A stretch of DNA of 20,000 bases from an uncultured virus (IMG/VR IMGVR_UViG_3300025120_000029) (lineage: Duplodnaviria > Heunggongvirae > Uroviricota > Caudoviricetes): the IMG/VR virus record IMGVR_UViG_3300025120_000029; one strand, given 5' to 3'. The position numbers and the translations under genes were made by a program. Positions 11,501-19,073 of the stretch are shown in pieces. Under the pieces are notes generated by a model, which was given only the letters and a program-made list of their open reading frames with translations, was not told the DNA's origin and made no database searches. Numbering within the stretch: position 1 is the stretch's first letter; each line of letters begins with the position of its first letter.

Positions 11501-14500
11501 ATTAGCACTGTCTTTAGGCTCAGTAAAATTATTTTTATGTGACCATGCCTCTATCATTTCATTAGGGCGTATTTTAGAATAAGTTTTACCTAAACTATCA
11601 AAATTAATTGGTGCTGCTAAAACAAAATTATTTATAAAGTCTTGTTCTGAAATAGGTATTGAGTTCTCTAGGTTAGTATAATAGTCATTACTAAACTTAT
11701 TAAAAGGAATAATAAATATACTTTGTTGAGAGCCTTTATCAAATGATGTTTTACCTGTATTAACTACAAATACTTCCCCTTGCTTATTAATTATTCTTTC
11801 ATTCTTACTTATAGATAGCCCATTTATTCCACCAAATCTATATACTCCTCCTGTATCAACCTCTTTTTCTAATTTTTCAGCAGCTTGAATTGCATCAGCT
11901 TTTATACTATATACACCTAAACTATTGGCACCAATAATTTGTCTAAGCTCTTGAGATATCTTGTTACCTTTCTTATCTAGTATTGTATAAATAGATGTAT
12001 TTGCTTTATCTCTTTTATTTATAACCTTTTCTTCTACATCAACTATTGCCCCTTCAAAAATAATATTTGAAGGCTTCTGTCTTACTGTTTGAAAAATAGA
12101 CAGATTTAAATTTAATTGATCTAGTATATTTAATATATCTGCATTCTCTGCTGCAGGTCCGTTTATAAAATCTTGAAAGCCTGTTTCATTTTTTATATCA
12201 CTCTCTGTTGGAATTAATTCTGCAACCTGACCATTAACCAATACTGGATATCCTTTTGACCATATTTTCTTAATAGCATCATAGGCTGTTTGTATGTTAA
12301 TCCCAGCAGCGCTTTCTTTCCATTCTTCTATACTTAATGAATCTCTATTAGGTATAGCCTGATATTGTCTAAACTGGTCTTCTAATGTTCTATTTAATAC
12401 AACAGAATTGATTGTTGGTATTACTTCTACATTTTCTATACCAGCATCATCTAAAATCTGATTAACATCCTTTGCACTCTCATCAGCAACTTCTTCTTGT
12501 GACCTCTCTGCTTTTGCAAGTTCTTCTGTTTGTAGATTATAACTATTTATTATTGGATTAATTTTATTATTGATAATTATAGCATCTTCCAGTATAGATG
12601 GATCTAGTAATCTGCCTGCAAATAAATATGAATTTGACTGGTCTATTGAAGATGTTTCTCCTGTTTCTAAAAAAACTTGAGTAGCTTCCGGTGTTAAATA
12701 AACATCTTCTGCAGCTAAACTATTTAGCATCTGGTTTTGTTTATCTAATACTAGCTGGGCTTTAGTTTGTTCTATTATTATTTGTTTTTGATTAGCCTCT
12801 AATACTTTAAAATATTCTGCAGATCTATTTATTAAGTCTTCCATTTTATTAGGATCTAATAAATAATCTATAGTATTGTTAAACAAGAATGCATCTTGAG
12901 ATAAAGCTGCGTAGTCTACTATTTCATTAATTGCATTATCCACTGCATCAGCATCAACAAACGTTCCTTTAGAAGCAGCTAATGAATTCAAATAGTTTTC
13001 TATTGGGCCCTTTAACTTATTCTTTTTACGCTGATCAAAAAATCCTTTTGCTGTTAGATTATCATTATATACTTTATTAATTCTATCTAGATTCTTTTTC
13101 CTTCTTTTCTTTTCCTTAAGAGATTTTTTATTTCTCTTAATTGCAATCTCATCTAATCCAGATTCATTATTAGCATTTTGTTCTAGTATTAATATCTCTT
13201 GTTGTAATCTATCTACTTCTACTTCTAAAGATTCTTTATCTAATAAAGGTGTAACATCATTAGCAGCCATATTACCAAACAATGGAGTAGACTCTAATGA
13301 CTGAGCAATTTTTACTTTTCTATTTAGTGCATCTTTAAATGCATTCTGAGTAAACATATAAAACATTTCTTGATGTTCATATGCCTTTTTTAATCTTTGC
13401 TCATCTCTATATTTTCTTGTTCCAGGCGTAAACATTTCTGGCTTGTATCTAGGTTTAAATATGCTTTTCTTATTATTAAACATATCACCATACTCAGTAA
13501 TAAGATCTAATTGTTTTTGTATCTTTGATCTTACTTGTTCTATACTACCATAATCCTTTTTAGGAAATGCCTCACCTAAAGCTTTATCATCAAGCTGACT
13601 AAAATCTACCATCTCTTGTTGATAAAATCCTATTGAGCCTTTTTTATATTTATCATGTAAATTTTTAAACTCTAAGAAATTTCTACCATTAAAGTAATCA
13701 TACTTATCATTCCTTGAAATAGCATCATCCATAGCATTGGATGTTTGTTTCATAGTTGACATCATTAGCTGATCATTATTTAAGATAGCATCTAAACCAT
13801 CTACACCTTTTTCAGACATATCTTCTGATTGGCGTATAATATCTGCTATTACTTTTTCCTCTGCTGTTCTTGCGTTTGCATAATCCGCTCTAGAAGCTTT
13901 ACTTCTCAAAGCATAGAGTTTAGGAACTTGTTGAAATAAAACATTTTGATAAGGCCCAGCTAAACCACCCATCAAAAATCCGGATAAAAATGTATTTAAT
14001 CCTTGTGCTGTAAACTGATCCTGTATACCATCCATTGCAAATGAACCATATAAATTCTTTGTACCTGCACCAGGCTCTCTAAGCAAGGCACCATAGTAGC
14101 CTTCATTAGTTGCAGCAATAGCTTCTTGTGAAACTTCTTGTAGTCCCTCTGCTATTCCTGCTGCACCGTATCTTAACATCATACCTCCAAAAACTCTTGG
14201 AGCATTTTTTATTCCACCAGCTGTAAATTGTCTAACAATATTTGTAGGAGTAGGCATACCTAAAAAAGTTGCACCCTTTTGATAAGTTCCTTTTAAAGCT
14301 TTTCCTGTAACAGCATCTACTAGTGGATTAGTTCTAAATACTTTTTCTGATAGATTCTTATATCCTCTTCTCCAACTTCCAAAGGCACCTCTTAAAACAA
14401 ACTTGTTTGATAAATATATTATACCAAAGTTTTGCATTTGTGTTCTAAATGCAGCTTGAGCAGCTTTTACTTTTGTATCAGATAGTTGATCTGCTGTAAT

Positions 14501-15703
14501 AGCTTTACCAGGATTTTGTTGTGCTAAATATTTTAAATGATTTTGTTCTACTCTATTACTAACCATACCAGCTTCTAGTTTAGCTTCAGATAAAGCAATA
14601 TTAAATTGTCTTATATCTCTATAGAAAGCACCAAAAGCATTACCACTTTTAGTAATATTAAATAAATTTTGTGCAGCATTACCTGTTGTTTGCCAATTCT
14701 TTATAGCATAAGTTAGTTCTGGTGCAACAAATCTTCCAAAAGCTTCTGCACCACCATAATAGAATTGTTTAGCGTTTTCAGCATTATTAAGTGTTCTAAC
14801 CAATGCTTCACCAGAACTTGCATATCTTTTTACATCAAATAAATTAGCAATAGCTTTTCCTGTCCTGACTAAATTTCTACCTGTGCCTGCCACAAAAGCA
14901 GCAAAACCTGCTGGTGCTCCTGCGCCTGTTGATGTTAATGCAGCTGATCCCATTGCTAACACTAACTCTTCTACTGCTATAGATGCAATAATACCTGCTG
15001 TATAACCAAAGCTTAAACCAGTATTAGTTAATAAACCAAAAGGTCCTCCTTTGCTTGTTGAACCTATTCTCATAGCATCTTCCATAGTATTTGCTGCTTC
15101 TAAGTCTGGAGCTGACCAATAACCATCTCCATCAAATGCATCTGCTATAGATCTATAAGAAGAACCAAGACCTATAGAAAATTGACTGCCTAATTGATTC
15201 CAAGCTCTAGAAAAATCATCATACTTGCTACTATTAGCATTATAAAAAGATTCATTGTTTGAATAAGGGTTAAAGCCTAACTCACTATAATTAGGACTAG
15301 CATAAAATCTATCAAAATTACTATTCTTAATATTACCATAATCTGGTGCAGCAGCCACTAAATTATTTTGTGATGGTGCGTTTGCTGTTGCTTTCATCTG
15401 CTCACCTAAACTAAGATCTGATATTTGAGTCTTAGATGGATTATATCCTATATCTAATAAACCAGGATTGTTGCTAGAAACATTACCAATTACTTCAGGA
15501 CCATACTTAAACATATCACGTTGATACCTGTCTACATTTAATAAAGCAGCTGGGTCAGCCATATTTAAAAAGTCTGGACCATATTGTTCTGTATCCATTA
15601 AAGACTGCATTGTCTTATATGGTTTAGCATCATTTACTAAATCAACCTTAGGATTGTTGCCTGTAAGGTTCTCCTGAAGGGCTTGTGGATCTTGGTTTTC
15701 CAT
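2540..15703 (-). CDS. Giant virion-associated DNA-dependent RNA polymerase (crAss-like two-barrel vRNAP) fused to a zincin peptidase and an N-terminal putative membrane/ejection region, 4387 aa
   Basis: Uninterrupted 13.2-kb ORF. Catalytic-loop motif GADFDID (DFDID at 5150-5164, aa 3514-3518) is preceded by AVRIP (R3475). Further polymerase-like motifs are DKSKR, ADAQ, SKK..YIKMS, SALK, GLQQ and MTDNAK. HEAFH lies at 9554-9568. DFDID is the catalytic motif of crAss-like vRNAPs such as phi14:2 gp66. Confidence 0.93.
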   Translation of the reverse strand: MENQDPQALQENLTGNNPKVDLVNDAKPYKTMQSLMDTEQYGPDFLNMADPAALLNVDRYQRDMFKYGPEVIGNVSSNNPGLLDIGYNPSKTQISDLSLGEQMKATANAPSQNNLVAAAPDYGNIKNSNFDRFYASPNYSELGFNPYSNNESFYNANSSKYDDFSRAWNQLGSQFSIGLGSSYRSIADAFDGDGYWSAPDLEAANTMEDAMRIGSTSKGGPFGLLTNTGLSFGYTAGIIASIAVEELVLAMGSAALTSTGAGAPAGFAAFVAGTGRNLVRTGKAIANLFDVKRYASSGEALVRTLNNAENAKQFYYGGAEAFGRFVAPELTYAIKNWQTTGNAAQNLFNITKSGNAFGAFYRDIRQFNIALSEAKLEAGMVSNRVEQNHLKYLAQQNPGKAITADQLSDTKVKAAQAAFRTQMQNFGIIYLSNKFVLRGAFGSWRRGYKNLSEKVFRTNPLVDAVTGKALKGTYQKGATFLGMPTPTNIVRQFTAGGIKNAPRVFGGMMLRYGAAGIAEGLQEVSQEAIAATNEGYYGALLREPGAGTKNLYGSFAMDGIQDQFTAQGLNTFLSGFLMGGLAGPYQNVLFQQVPKLYALRSKASRADYANARTAEEKVIADIIRQSEDMSEKGVDGLDAILNNDQLMMSTMKQTSNAMDDAISRNDKYDYFNGRNFLEFKNLHDKYKKGSIGFYQQEMVDFSQLDDKALGEAFPKKDYGSIEQVRSKIQKQLDLITEYGDMFNNKKSIFKPRYKPEMFTPGTRKYRDEQRLKKAYEHQEMFYMFTQNAFKDALNRKVKIAQSLESTPLFGNMAANDVTPLLDKESLEVEVDRLQQEILILEQNANNESGLDEIAIKRNKKSLKEKKRRKKNLDRINKVYNDNLTAKGFFDQRKKNKLKGPIENYLNSLAASKGTFVDADAVDNAINEIVDYAALSQDAFLFNNTIDYLLDPNKMEDLINRSAEYFKVLEANQKQIIIEQTKAQLVLDKQNQMLNSLAAEDVYLTPEATQVFLETGETSSIDQSNSYLFAGRLLDPSILEDAIIINNKINPIINSYNLQTEELAKAERSQEEVADESAKDVNQILDDAGIENVEVIPTINSVVLNRTLEDQFRQYQAIPNRDSLSIEEWKESAAGINIQTAYDAIKKIWSKGYPVLVNGQVAELIPTESDIKNETGFQDFINGPAAENADILNILDQLNLNLSIFQTVRQKPSNIIFEGAIVDVEEKVINKRDKANTSIYTILDKKGNKISQELRQIIGANSLGVYSIKADAIQAAEKLEKEVDTGGVYRFGGINGLSISKNERIINKQGEVFVVNTGKTSFDKGSQQSIFIIPFNKFSNDYYTNLENSIPISEQDFINNFVLAAPINFDSLGKTYSKIRPNEMIEAWSHKNNFTEPKDSANERTDLIISNLTTEELNGLNLFITPVTQSPSKNYVIPADGLKPNPYIKENTNSYNIGIQVIDVNVIDKINNLYDTNPDITRLEESANNVFAYLPSQRFSFFDKDGKAVMPHDFDVEFMKSVIKFDKDLTGVEIDSQSNLSPGVQTLQYIQENFAKAAVLNQAIQKLANQDGRGEAIFGELPDGIRINLFEGYDNYTSPNTFTSLKDLKYSSDGLGNYLIYDISVGGNNSAPKVISNLEGDALDVLREETEAALKRNGLWKQSVEGGTNRYMVVLKQPNGVYSVVTSKPKLQQKVDLDIELLRLINRAQTTVESNLDKDKKPKDINFNEEFNKETLSKIFITSKPGSKRKVFLDVDQYGNIRMRVKDAIANENRTLGGALYKQTGKTQYLYPADLNLGVAEETRKSPQDLIQLLLDKINGDENLGEGTISLKNFTTSIAEDASITDFLVDLETAIDPNQLRKGFRLLTTANPKSIGRELSKGNISVTPLIEESAPENVEVLPDIAEEVEVLEEVSDLNSILTKISILKAQLEDQYGPTNRKRLRQAYKENKELQDLFKKRDELRGANKIVKGSFNSTDVESIDSFSVWASQTLPDYIGIADIATLRSNLITTGTRVGSFVLNINDIAGGLDVSGTIYTGANSPFRYHEAFHGVYRMILTPQEQAKYLRIARKEQRANLRKEGKSLASELQKFRNSADTYTNMSQERLEREYFEEYMADQFELFKTGPKNTKTSSEVKSLFTKILDWIKGVLNQFYKNELTSLFENIDGGKFQSAPIATNEFTTLGSSVEANKLIPYQMVDRNAGIGELYVPSFVANGIISSMAGVLIDRKFNFIPTEEKLKFNQDEELDVIVDEFAETYDVFSNANSQFLEGSKEHDMLKLLTAAFEDFIPQIKQSVTDVLDIIDLQSAQQVERNDEFIDNEGLRTVQQYGKETYLSGGLDNLPAAVRKYIGTVTYIEKDYFGNTTLVNGTPITVPVNANVVYNGMLKSLEGLEDPVEMLQAMYAFSQTNPQTEAVVNQIFENSGINMPESYTEDFTFEQFPEGITNPNFLIKVLNSFTNFRVEWFFTQRDMLGNSIVHSASQRDDSNNQLDSWSEGYSSKLQLWQDDLNIRKDALKALVTLQTELRPKKTTIRNNALNERSRKLSKLLFDNLGISISPGYMSYSRLMARENLTKAQEQLLSFHPDVQPMTLNDIEVFFELIKEGVDLFSPEGAESKLKKLALGNASFDETIGATVFKNSNNDLVNSHQQPTFNLRKTRALNSASERARLLQDDYLSNNFLLNSPAFNALADNNQVKISRISGTKVLRSLSADLDVKSSLTLKSTDYGKYTPAEFLVTNINNYLAFYNSLNRKPLKSVLVKNPVNGTDSRFAISPNLIRVMESSNTGDQTTLPIIKAVEKIQGRDVITDEVLEAFYNFVENEYNRIVRENGPNRTTDVIEGYNTGEFRSKTFANNETLLNIDTRSGLIKEALSEEPAAFEQALRAAKLNKKSFKKQLEANLDSKFNEFDNLIDTLNVRNRIDKKIVRGISRGTTGAVKEAAKSTAAMYNLIDMDPIYNLKQVFFNNYLNVKSLNELYLSDQAKVLKDFTDKSKRAKGNNNSFIPAETYLTDPRLGVMHETNKINLVAFNEPTLMSGLSSNSIQIADAQVYGTVKATRHFQFGIGEMTPALAAALNKIEQGEVLQWEEIGELISQGNMLNSKKYAYFDGETYIKMSYTTLTKELTSMQNSDDMWVAKPGQEKLHNLRVNLEELDKENQTVSIAAPESALKMMKQNLNPISDLNGQPSGFTNNATTIYAKYFGLQQINPSNKKQITLQSQMKTLNTSEQDPRNKDIQQTIINYNNDLKYRSRLKYNAKVKLTFNVEDVRSEIDASKLNKIVSPNLVLFSKYAVNSLQAGQSTSNLIEFFSSDENNQLKYNLDNPYTISKYEQLFLTYFSQGVFQEKVNGTSVALVSSLGKNVYRRVFSIETFNGKVTPDRQEVIRENEFLNGNFTLDNRSLEELNTGDPLPAEGVIIVDRLRYNLKEYKGGEYQGQRYSEAIMPPQSKEVNDLLAYKSKYRRYKNTIPDVVSEMYAVRIPSEDYHSAFNVKVVDFLPNFMGGSAMFSNELIEVSGADFDIDQAYIHMKEFYVEKGEFKAYENNYSSYINYVNKKVNETGNQYSEAIKLYKLQGVIISDSLVDIDQTPAENAGFSKNAVGALKVLGMPITQSEFNQFVKDNKQAPYEAPVSNKLVDYKRQLVSNDYLTSGTYPIAYRPSNLDLLKNVWESVRKLPGFSERTNQAGKDIDTLTGQTVAFTNNKGASIGSVVSPNLYLSLFKEYKIGLGTLKFELDGKEYKSFGGTLNENGMRKQDLMSSLIVAMTDNAKEFLVSKLGLNAHATRMLSNMIQLGVPLETSILLLNQKIIQDIYRQIDNSDGISPSIGDRINDLIERDDKGKIVKGIVPDKDALERGVADNLEVLELQGALQVFAKVITISNFTVKLNSLVSLNNGLGKNIDSISQRVESINDFIKNPYFIKVRNMLSSSYLSGLSEQLSDINVNILPKMFLSQTPGVKRITSELVGRLDTNLYKNSEAVRTKVKKDVLAFVTLSAYQNIDKNNPLSNGILYPGQDNEQGNVWHAVEQLRISDPGNFFLFDFVTTYKPTDKGNRSGLYLAQANTWRKLNRLQKYDLQTSFNKLYNNPDTRQFAKTVINYIMVKDGLQLAPGGLLESISPYVLEDYLSEINSTEKYLRSKEFTDAGGTTSFVENYLLSASNAKLLPRKFNSETDSIAIKRMDTIDRQTGIESTIYQRNDQEKTSVDLIGSPLQFGAGFMFGNRPTLKQMMEKPEVSKSTPEVVKETEDTSKTVPQIFRNQSINLDVTDESVIIDSVNIVDTAELDAIAASIAEATDNITSEELGILEVEELPISENRQELIGQLDMFDPFISHPEITEFWDSNIEDGSFSTEVKNFKRENNINSLEDLLDLYDRNPNSMWGSPQELIDQIKKCNL
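4400..6760 (-). other. RNA polymerase catalytic core (two double-psi beta-barrel region); boundaries approximate
   Basis: DKSKR (~aa 2989), ADAQ (aa 3044-3047, nt 6563-6574), Lys-containing motifs, RIP (5273-5281), DFDID (5150-5164) and TDNAK (4412-4426), in the order expected for single-chain two-barrel polymerases. Confidence 0.8.
9230..9760 (-). other. Zincin-type metallopeptidase domain (HExxH...E) within the RNAP polyprotein
   Basis: GTIYTGANSPFRYHEAFHGVY (H2046-E-A-F-H2050), a downstream EEYMADQF (E2112/E2113, candidate third Zn ligand) and the helix SLFTKILDWIK. Zincin domains associated with crAss-like RNAP proteins are known. Confidence 0.8.
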
Positions 15704-15712
15704 ACTTACCTA

Positions 15713-18700
15713 TTAATTATTTTTTGATTCTTTGCTTTTTGCTGTATAAGCTGCGTCATTGTTTATTTTTTGCTTAGATAATATACCTAATACATAATCA
15801 TAATATTCATCATAACCCGTTTTGTTTTCTTGCTCACCACCTAATATTGTTGAAATTGGCTCTTGTCTATAACCTTTAGGAAATTTAGTAGCATCAGATT
15901 CATAATGATTCAAATAACCATTTACATTTATTCTACCACCAACTTTCTGGAAACTAAAAGAACCGTGTCCAGCATTACCTGCAAAATATGGTGCAGCATA
16001 AGCAGATGGATCAATTGTAAGTATGTTATTATTTGTGCTAGCAATTCTTTTCTCTAATGTAGTATTACTTTGTGTAACATCATAACCTAATGGGTTTGCT
16101 TTTATAGTAGAGCTTCTAGGAAATATATATGTAAATCCTGATCTTAAAACTTCAGTTACATCACTTGCATCCACATCTGCAGGATAAACTGAATTATCTT
16201 TATCTGTTAATGCTTTTATTAACTCTTGAGAAAAATTACTTAATTCATATGCAGCGTAAGGTTCATTTTGTAGTTCACCTGTCTTATCTCTTATCTCTGG
16301 ACCATAGCTATCATAAAAAGTTAATCTCATTGCTAGTTTATCTGCACCTAAGCTTTGTTCATTTGTTATTCTATCATAAATATACATAGCAGCTTTACTT
16401 TTAGTGCTTGATACATCCATAGCATCAGCTGTTAAAATATCTACAAAATCATCACTGTCTTCTGAACCTATTGTTGTACCTATAAAACCATAGTTACCAC
16501 TTCCGCTTGCTTTATTAGAATTAATTTGTGCATAAAAATCACCTAAAAATTTATTTTGTGTTGATCCAGCTTTTGGTGCCAATGTTAAGTCTGATGAGTT
16601 TGCTACATCAAATCTTATATTACTAGCTGGTATAGCACCCAGTCCTTGACTGTTATTCATAAATGTTCTAGAAGGAGTAGTTGACATTAATTTGTTTATG
16701 TCTGCTTTAAATCTTTTATATATTTTTCCTAAATTCTTATCTAATTGATTTTCATCAAAAGCAGTTACAAACTTATATGGACTAGAAAACTTATCATTAC
16801 CATATCTAGACATCATGTCCAATTCATCTTGTGACTTTAACACTTGTTTGGTAGTCATTAAATCATCATTATTGAAAATACCATAAAAGTCAATTGTTTT
16901 ATTTGGGTCTATATCACCTGATTGAATACGTGCCATGTTAGCATCCTTAAACTGCTCCTCAGTCATAATGCTTTTAGAATCATTGTCTATTGGAAAAATA
17001 TATCCATTCTCTAGTAATAAATGAATATTTTTTTCTGCAGGAGTAAGGTCCTTTTTATTAGTATTTGATAAAGCAAGTTCAATTAATCTTGCTTTGTCAT
17101 ATTGATCTTTCATAGCTAGATCTACAGCAGTATTATAAAGTTCAATCTGTGTTGATAAACCAGGAGTTGTTATGCTTGTTCCACTATTAAATAGTTTATT
17201 ACTTATAGACATAAATGGACTATTAGGAGATGTATCAATACCATTTGCATGTGCACCTGTTGCATCAGTATAATATTTTTGTAAATCACCAAATAAAGAT
17301 TCTATACCGTTTGCATATTGATAATTGTCTGTTTCTAATTGATCATCATCTAATTGTCTATTGCTTAATTTTTTAACAACATCTTGTAAGTTAGCGGTGT
17401 AATAATCTTCTGGTTGATTTGGATCAGGGTTTTCAACTAAAGGAACAGTATAAAAACCAGGTCTATCAGGAACATCATATAAACCAGAACCTGCTATCAT
17501 CTCTTCTAACATACCTAAACGTTCAGTTAAAAGTTCATTACCACGTTCTTGTATTGCAATGACGTCCATTTCAAGTGGGTTGTCTGTTCCAACAAAATTA
17601 TTATTTTTATCTACAGCAAAAGTTGCACCAAGACCTTTTACATCTTGTACAGTGTTTCTCATCTGTTGTGCATAATCTATTCCTCCAAGTTCCATTAGTT
17701 TTAAGGATTGATCTCTTTTATACTTTATAGTAGCTGCATCAGCATCTATTTCGGCTTTTTGTACTTGTAGATTCCATTTATTTGTATACTTAAGATTTTC
17801 TAATTCAAAGTTATTTTGTTCTTGAGTCACTTCCATCTCTCTCATACTAAATTGTCTAGCAGCTTTACGTACATCTGTATCAATATTGTAATTAGATAAA
17901 AGAGCCATTGCTTTATTAAACAATGCTTCATCATCAGGATCAGATGTAGCAGCAAACTGATTAAGTTTAAATAGCCTATCTAAATCAATCTTCATTCTTT
18001 CTGCATCACTCAAGTTTTGATTTTTAATATTCTCATCTAAACTGCCAGGAACTATACCATGATTAGCTGCATAATTATCCCAGTTTACATTTACTTCATT
18101 TTGCTTTCTTAATTCATATTCTTTTTTTGTTTGGTATTCAAGATTCTTGTTTTCTATTCTAGAAATTTGTTCTGAAGCCCAAGCATTTAGCCCTTCTTGT
18201 TCTGTTGCAAACACACCTTTGCCAACCATAGTTTCAGCAAAGTCATAAGCTTGTACGTAAGACTTAGCATTATAAAACTTTTGCACTCTTGGATCATCTA
18301 TTAAAGCAGACATAATCTGTTCATAAGCAGGTCCTTCTACTAAGCTTCCATTTTTTTGTGTTATTATAAAATTCTTATCTTCCATTAGGATAGGGTTTCC
18401 TTGTCCATCTACTTTACCTGTATCTTTGATGTTTGGTATAGGTAAAGATATAGTTAATCCAGGATCTAATTCTGATAAATATTTTTGTGCATTTTGCACT
18501 AAATCAGCATCTAAAATTAATTCAGGAAGCGGTTGACTTTGTAATTCACCTCTTCCAGCTTCCATAAACTTTCTTCTATCTATTTCAAGTTTACGTAAAC
18601 TTACTTCACTATTTGCTAACTCTCTTGTTTCTTGATTATTACTTGATGCTAAATTCTGGTATTTTTTTATAGCATCATTATATGATCCAGTCCATACCAT

Positions 18701-19024
18701 ATCATACACTACTTCATCATCCTCAAAAAATGGTGCAAATGCTGACTTAGCAGCTTGTACATTTTGTTCTAAAGAAAGATCCATACCAGATATTTTTTCT
18801 AGTGATGGTCCTAATTTTTCAGCATATTGTCTTTGATACTCTAAGCTGTTTGGGTTAGTAAGTGGTGAATATACAACTTTATTATATAAATCATTCTGTG
18901 CTTTCCACCCTGCATCATATTTAGCCTGACGTGCATCTAATGTAGCAGACAAAAATTTATAGTCTGGTGTAAATGGTTTTATGTCTGGGTAAAAATTCTT
19001 TTGTCCTTTAATGTATGTTGCCAT
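15713..19024 (-). CDS. Putative virion internal (cargo/ejection) protein, 1103 aa, function unknown
   Basis: Long ORF co-oriented with the vRNAP gene and 9 nt upstream of it. It ends in tandem stops TAA TAG. It has no Cys, a helical/coiled-coil-like N-terminal half and no recognisable catalytic motif. The function call is from gene context only. Confidence 0.75.
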   Translation of the reverse strand: MATYIKGQKNFYPDIKPFTPDYKFLSATLDARQAKYDAGWKAQNDLYNKVVYSPLTNPNSLEYQRQYAEKLGPSLEKISGMDLSLEQNVQAAKSAFAPFFEDDEVVYDMVWTGSYNDAIKKYQNLASSNNQETRELANSEVSLRKLEIDRRKFMEAGRGELQSQPLPELILDADLVQNAQKYLSELDPGLTISLPIPNIKDTGKVDGQGNPILMEDKNFIITQKNGSLVEGPAYEQIMSALIDDPRVQKFYNAKSYVQAYDFAETMVGKGVFATEQEGLNAWASEQISRIENKNLEYQTKKEYELRKQNEVNVNWDNYAANHGIVPGSLDENIKNQNLSDAERMKIDLDRLFKLNQFAATSDPDDEALFNKAMALLSNYNIDTDVRKAARQFSMREMEVTQEQNNFELENLKYTNKWNLQVQKAEIDADAATIKYKRDQSLKLMELGGIDYAQQMRNTVQDVKGLGATFAVDKNNNFVGTDNPLEMDVIAIQERGNELLTERLGMLEEMIAGSGLYDVPDRPGFYTVPLVENPDPNQPEDYYTANLQDVVKKLSNRQLDDDQLETDNYQYANGIESLFGDLQKYYTDATGAHANGIDTSPNSPFMSISNKLFNSGTSITTPGLSTQIELYNTAVDLAMKDQYDKARLIELALSNTNKKDLTPAEKNIHLLLENGYIFPIDNDSKSIMTEEQFKDANMARIQSGDIDPNKTIDFYGIFNNDDLMTTKQVLKSQDELDMMSRYGNDKFSSPYKFVTAFDENQLDKNLGKIYKRFKADINKLMSTTPSRTFMNNSQGLGAIPASNIRFDVANSSDLTLAPKAGSTQNKFLGDFYAQINSNKASGSGNYGFIGTTIGSEDSDDFVDILTADAMDVSSTKSKAAMYIYDRITNEQSLGADKLAMRLTFYDSYGPEIRDKTGELQNEPYAAYELSNFSQELIKALTDKDNSVYPADVDASDVTEVLRSGFTYIFPRSSTIKANPLGYDVTQSNTTLEKRIASTNNNILTIDPSAYAAPYFAGNAGHGSFSFQKVGGRINVNGYLNHYESDATKFPKGYRQEPISTILGGEQENKTGYDEYYDYVLGILSKQKINNDAAYTAKSKESKNN

Positions 19025-19028
19025 AATT

Positions 19029-19059
19029 CAAAATTAATATAATTTATTAAGTTTACTAA
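19029..19059 (-). promoter_or_regulatory. Candidate Bacteroidota-type sigma-A promoter upstream of the 1103-aa gene
   Basis: On the minus strand, TTAG (19059-19056), 19 nt, then TAATTTTG (19036-19029), compared with the consensus TTTG-N19-21-TAnnTTTG. It lies in the only sizeable intergenic gap (59 nt). The very AT-rich context makes a chance match possible. Confidence 0.3.
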
Positions 19060-19073
19060 TATTAGTTAATAAA
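19043..19073. repeat. Intergenic imperfect inverted repeat with a perfect 12-bp palindromic core
   Basis: TTTATTA-AGTTT-ACTAATATTAGT-TAATAAA. The core ACTAATATTAGT (19055-19066) is self-complementary, and the arms TTTATTA (19043-19049) and TAATAAA (19067-19073) are complementary. Confidence 0.6.

Noticed and set aside
13080..13140. Basic cluster as a eukaryotic nuclear localisation signal, or a eukaryotic RNAi-type RdRP origin for the gene
   Set aside because: The intron-free operon-like packing and DFDID (not DLDGD) motif indicate a crAss-like bacteriophage. Similarity to RNAi polymerases is a known family-level relationship.
15863..16389. Plus-strand ORFs 15863..16057 and 16165..16389
   Set aside because: Antisense to the 1103-aa gene, short, with no supporting signals.
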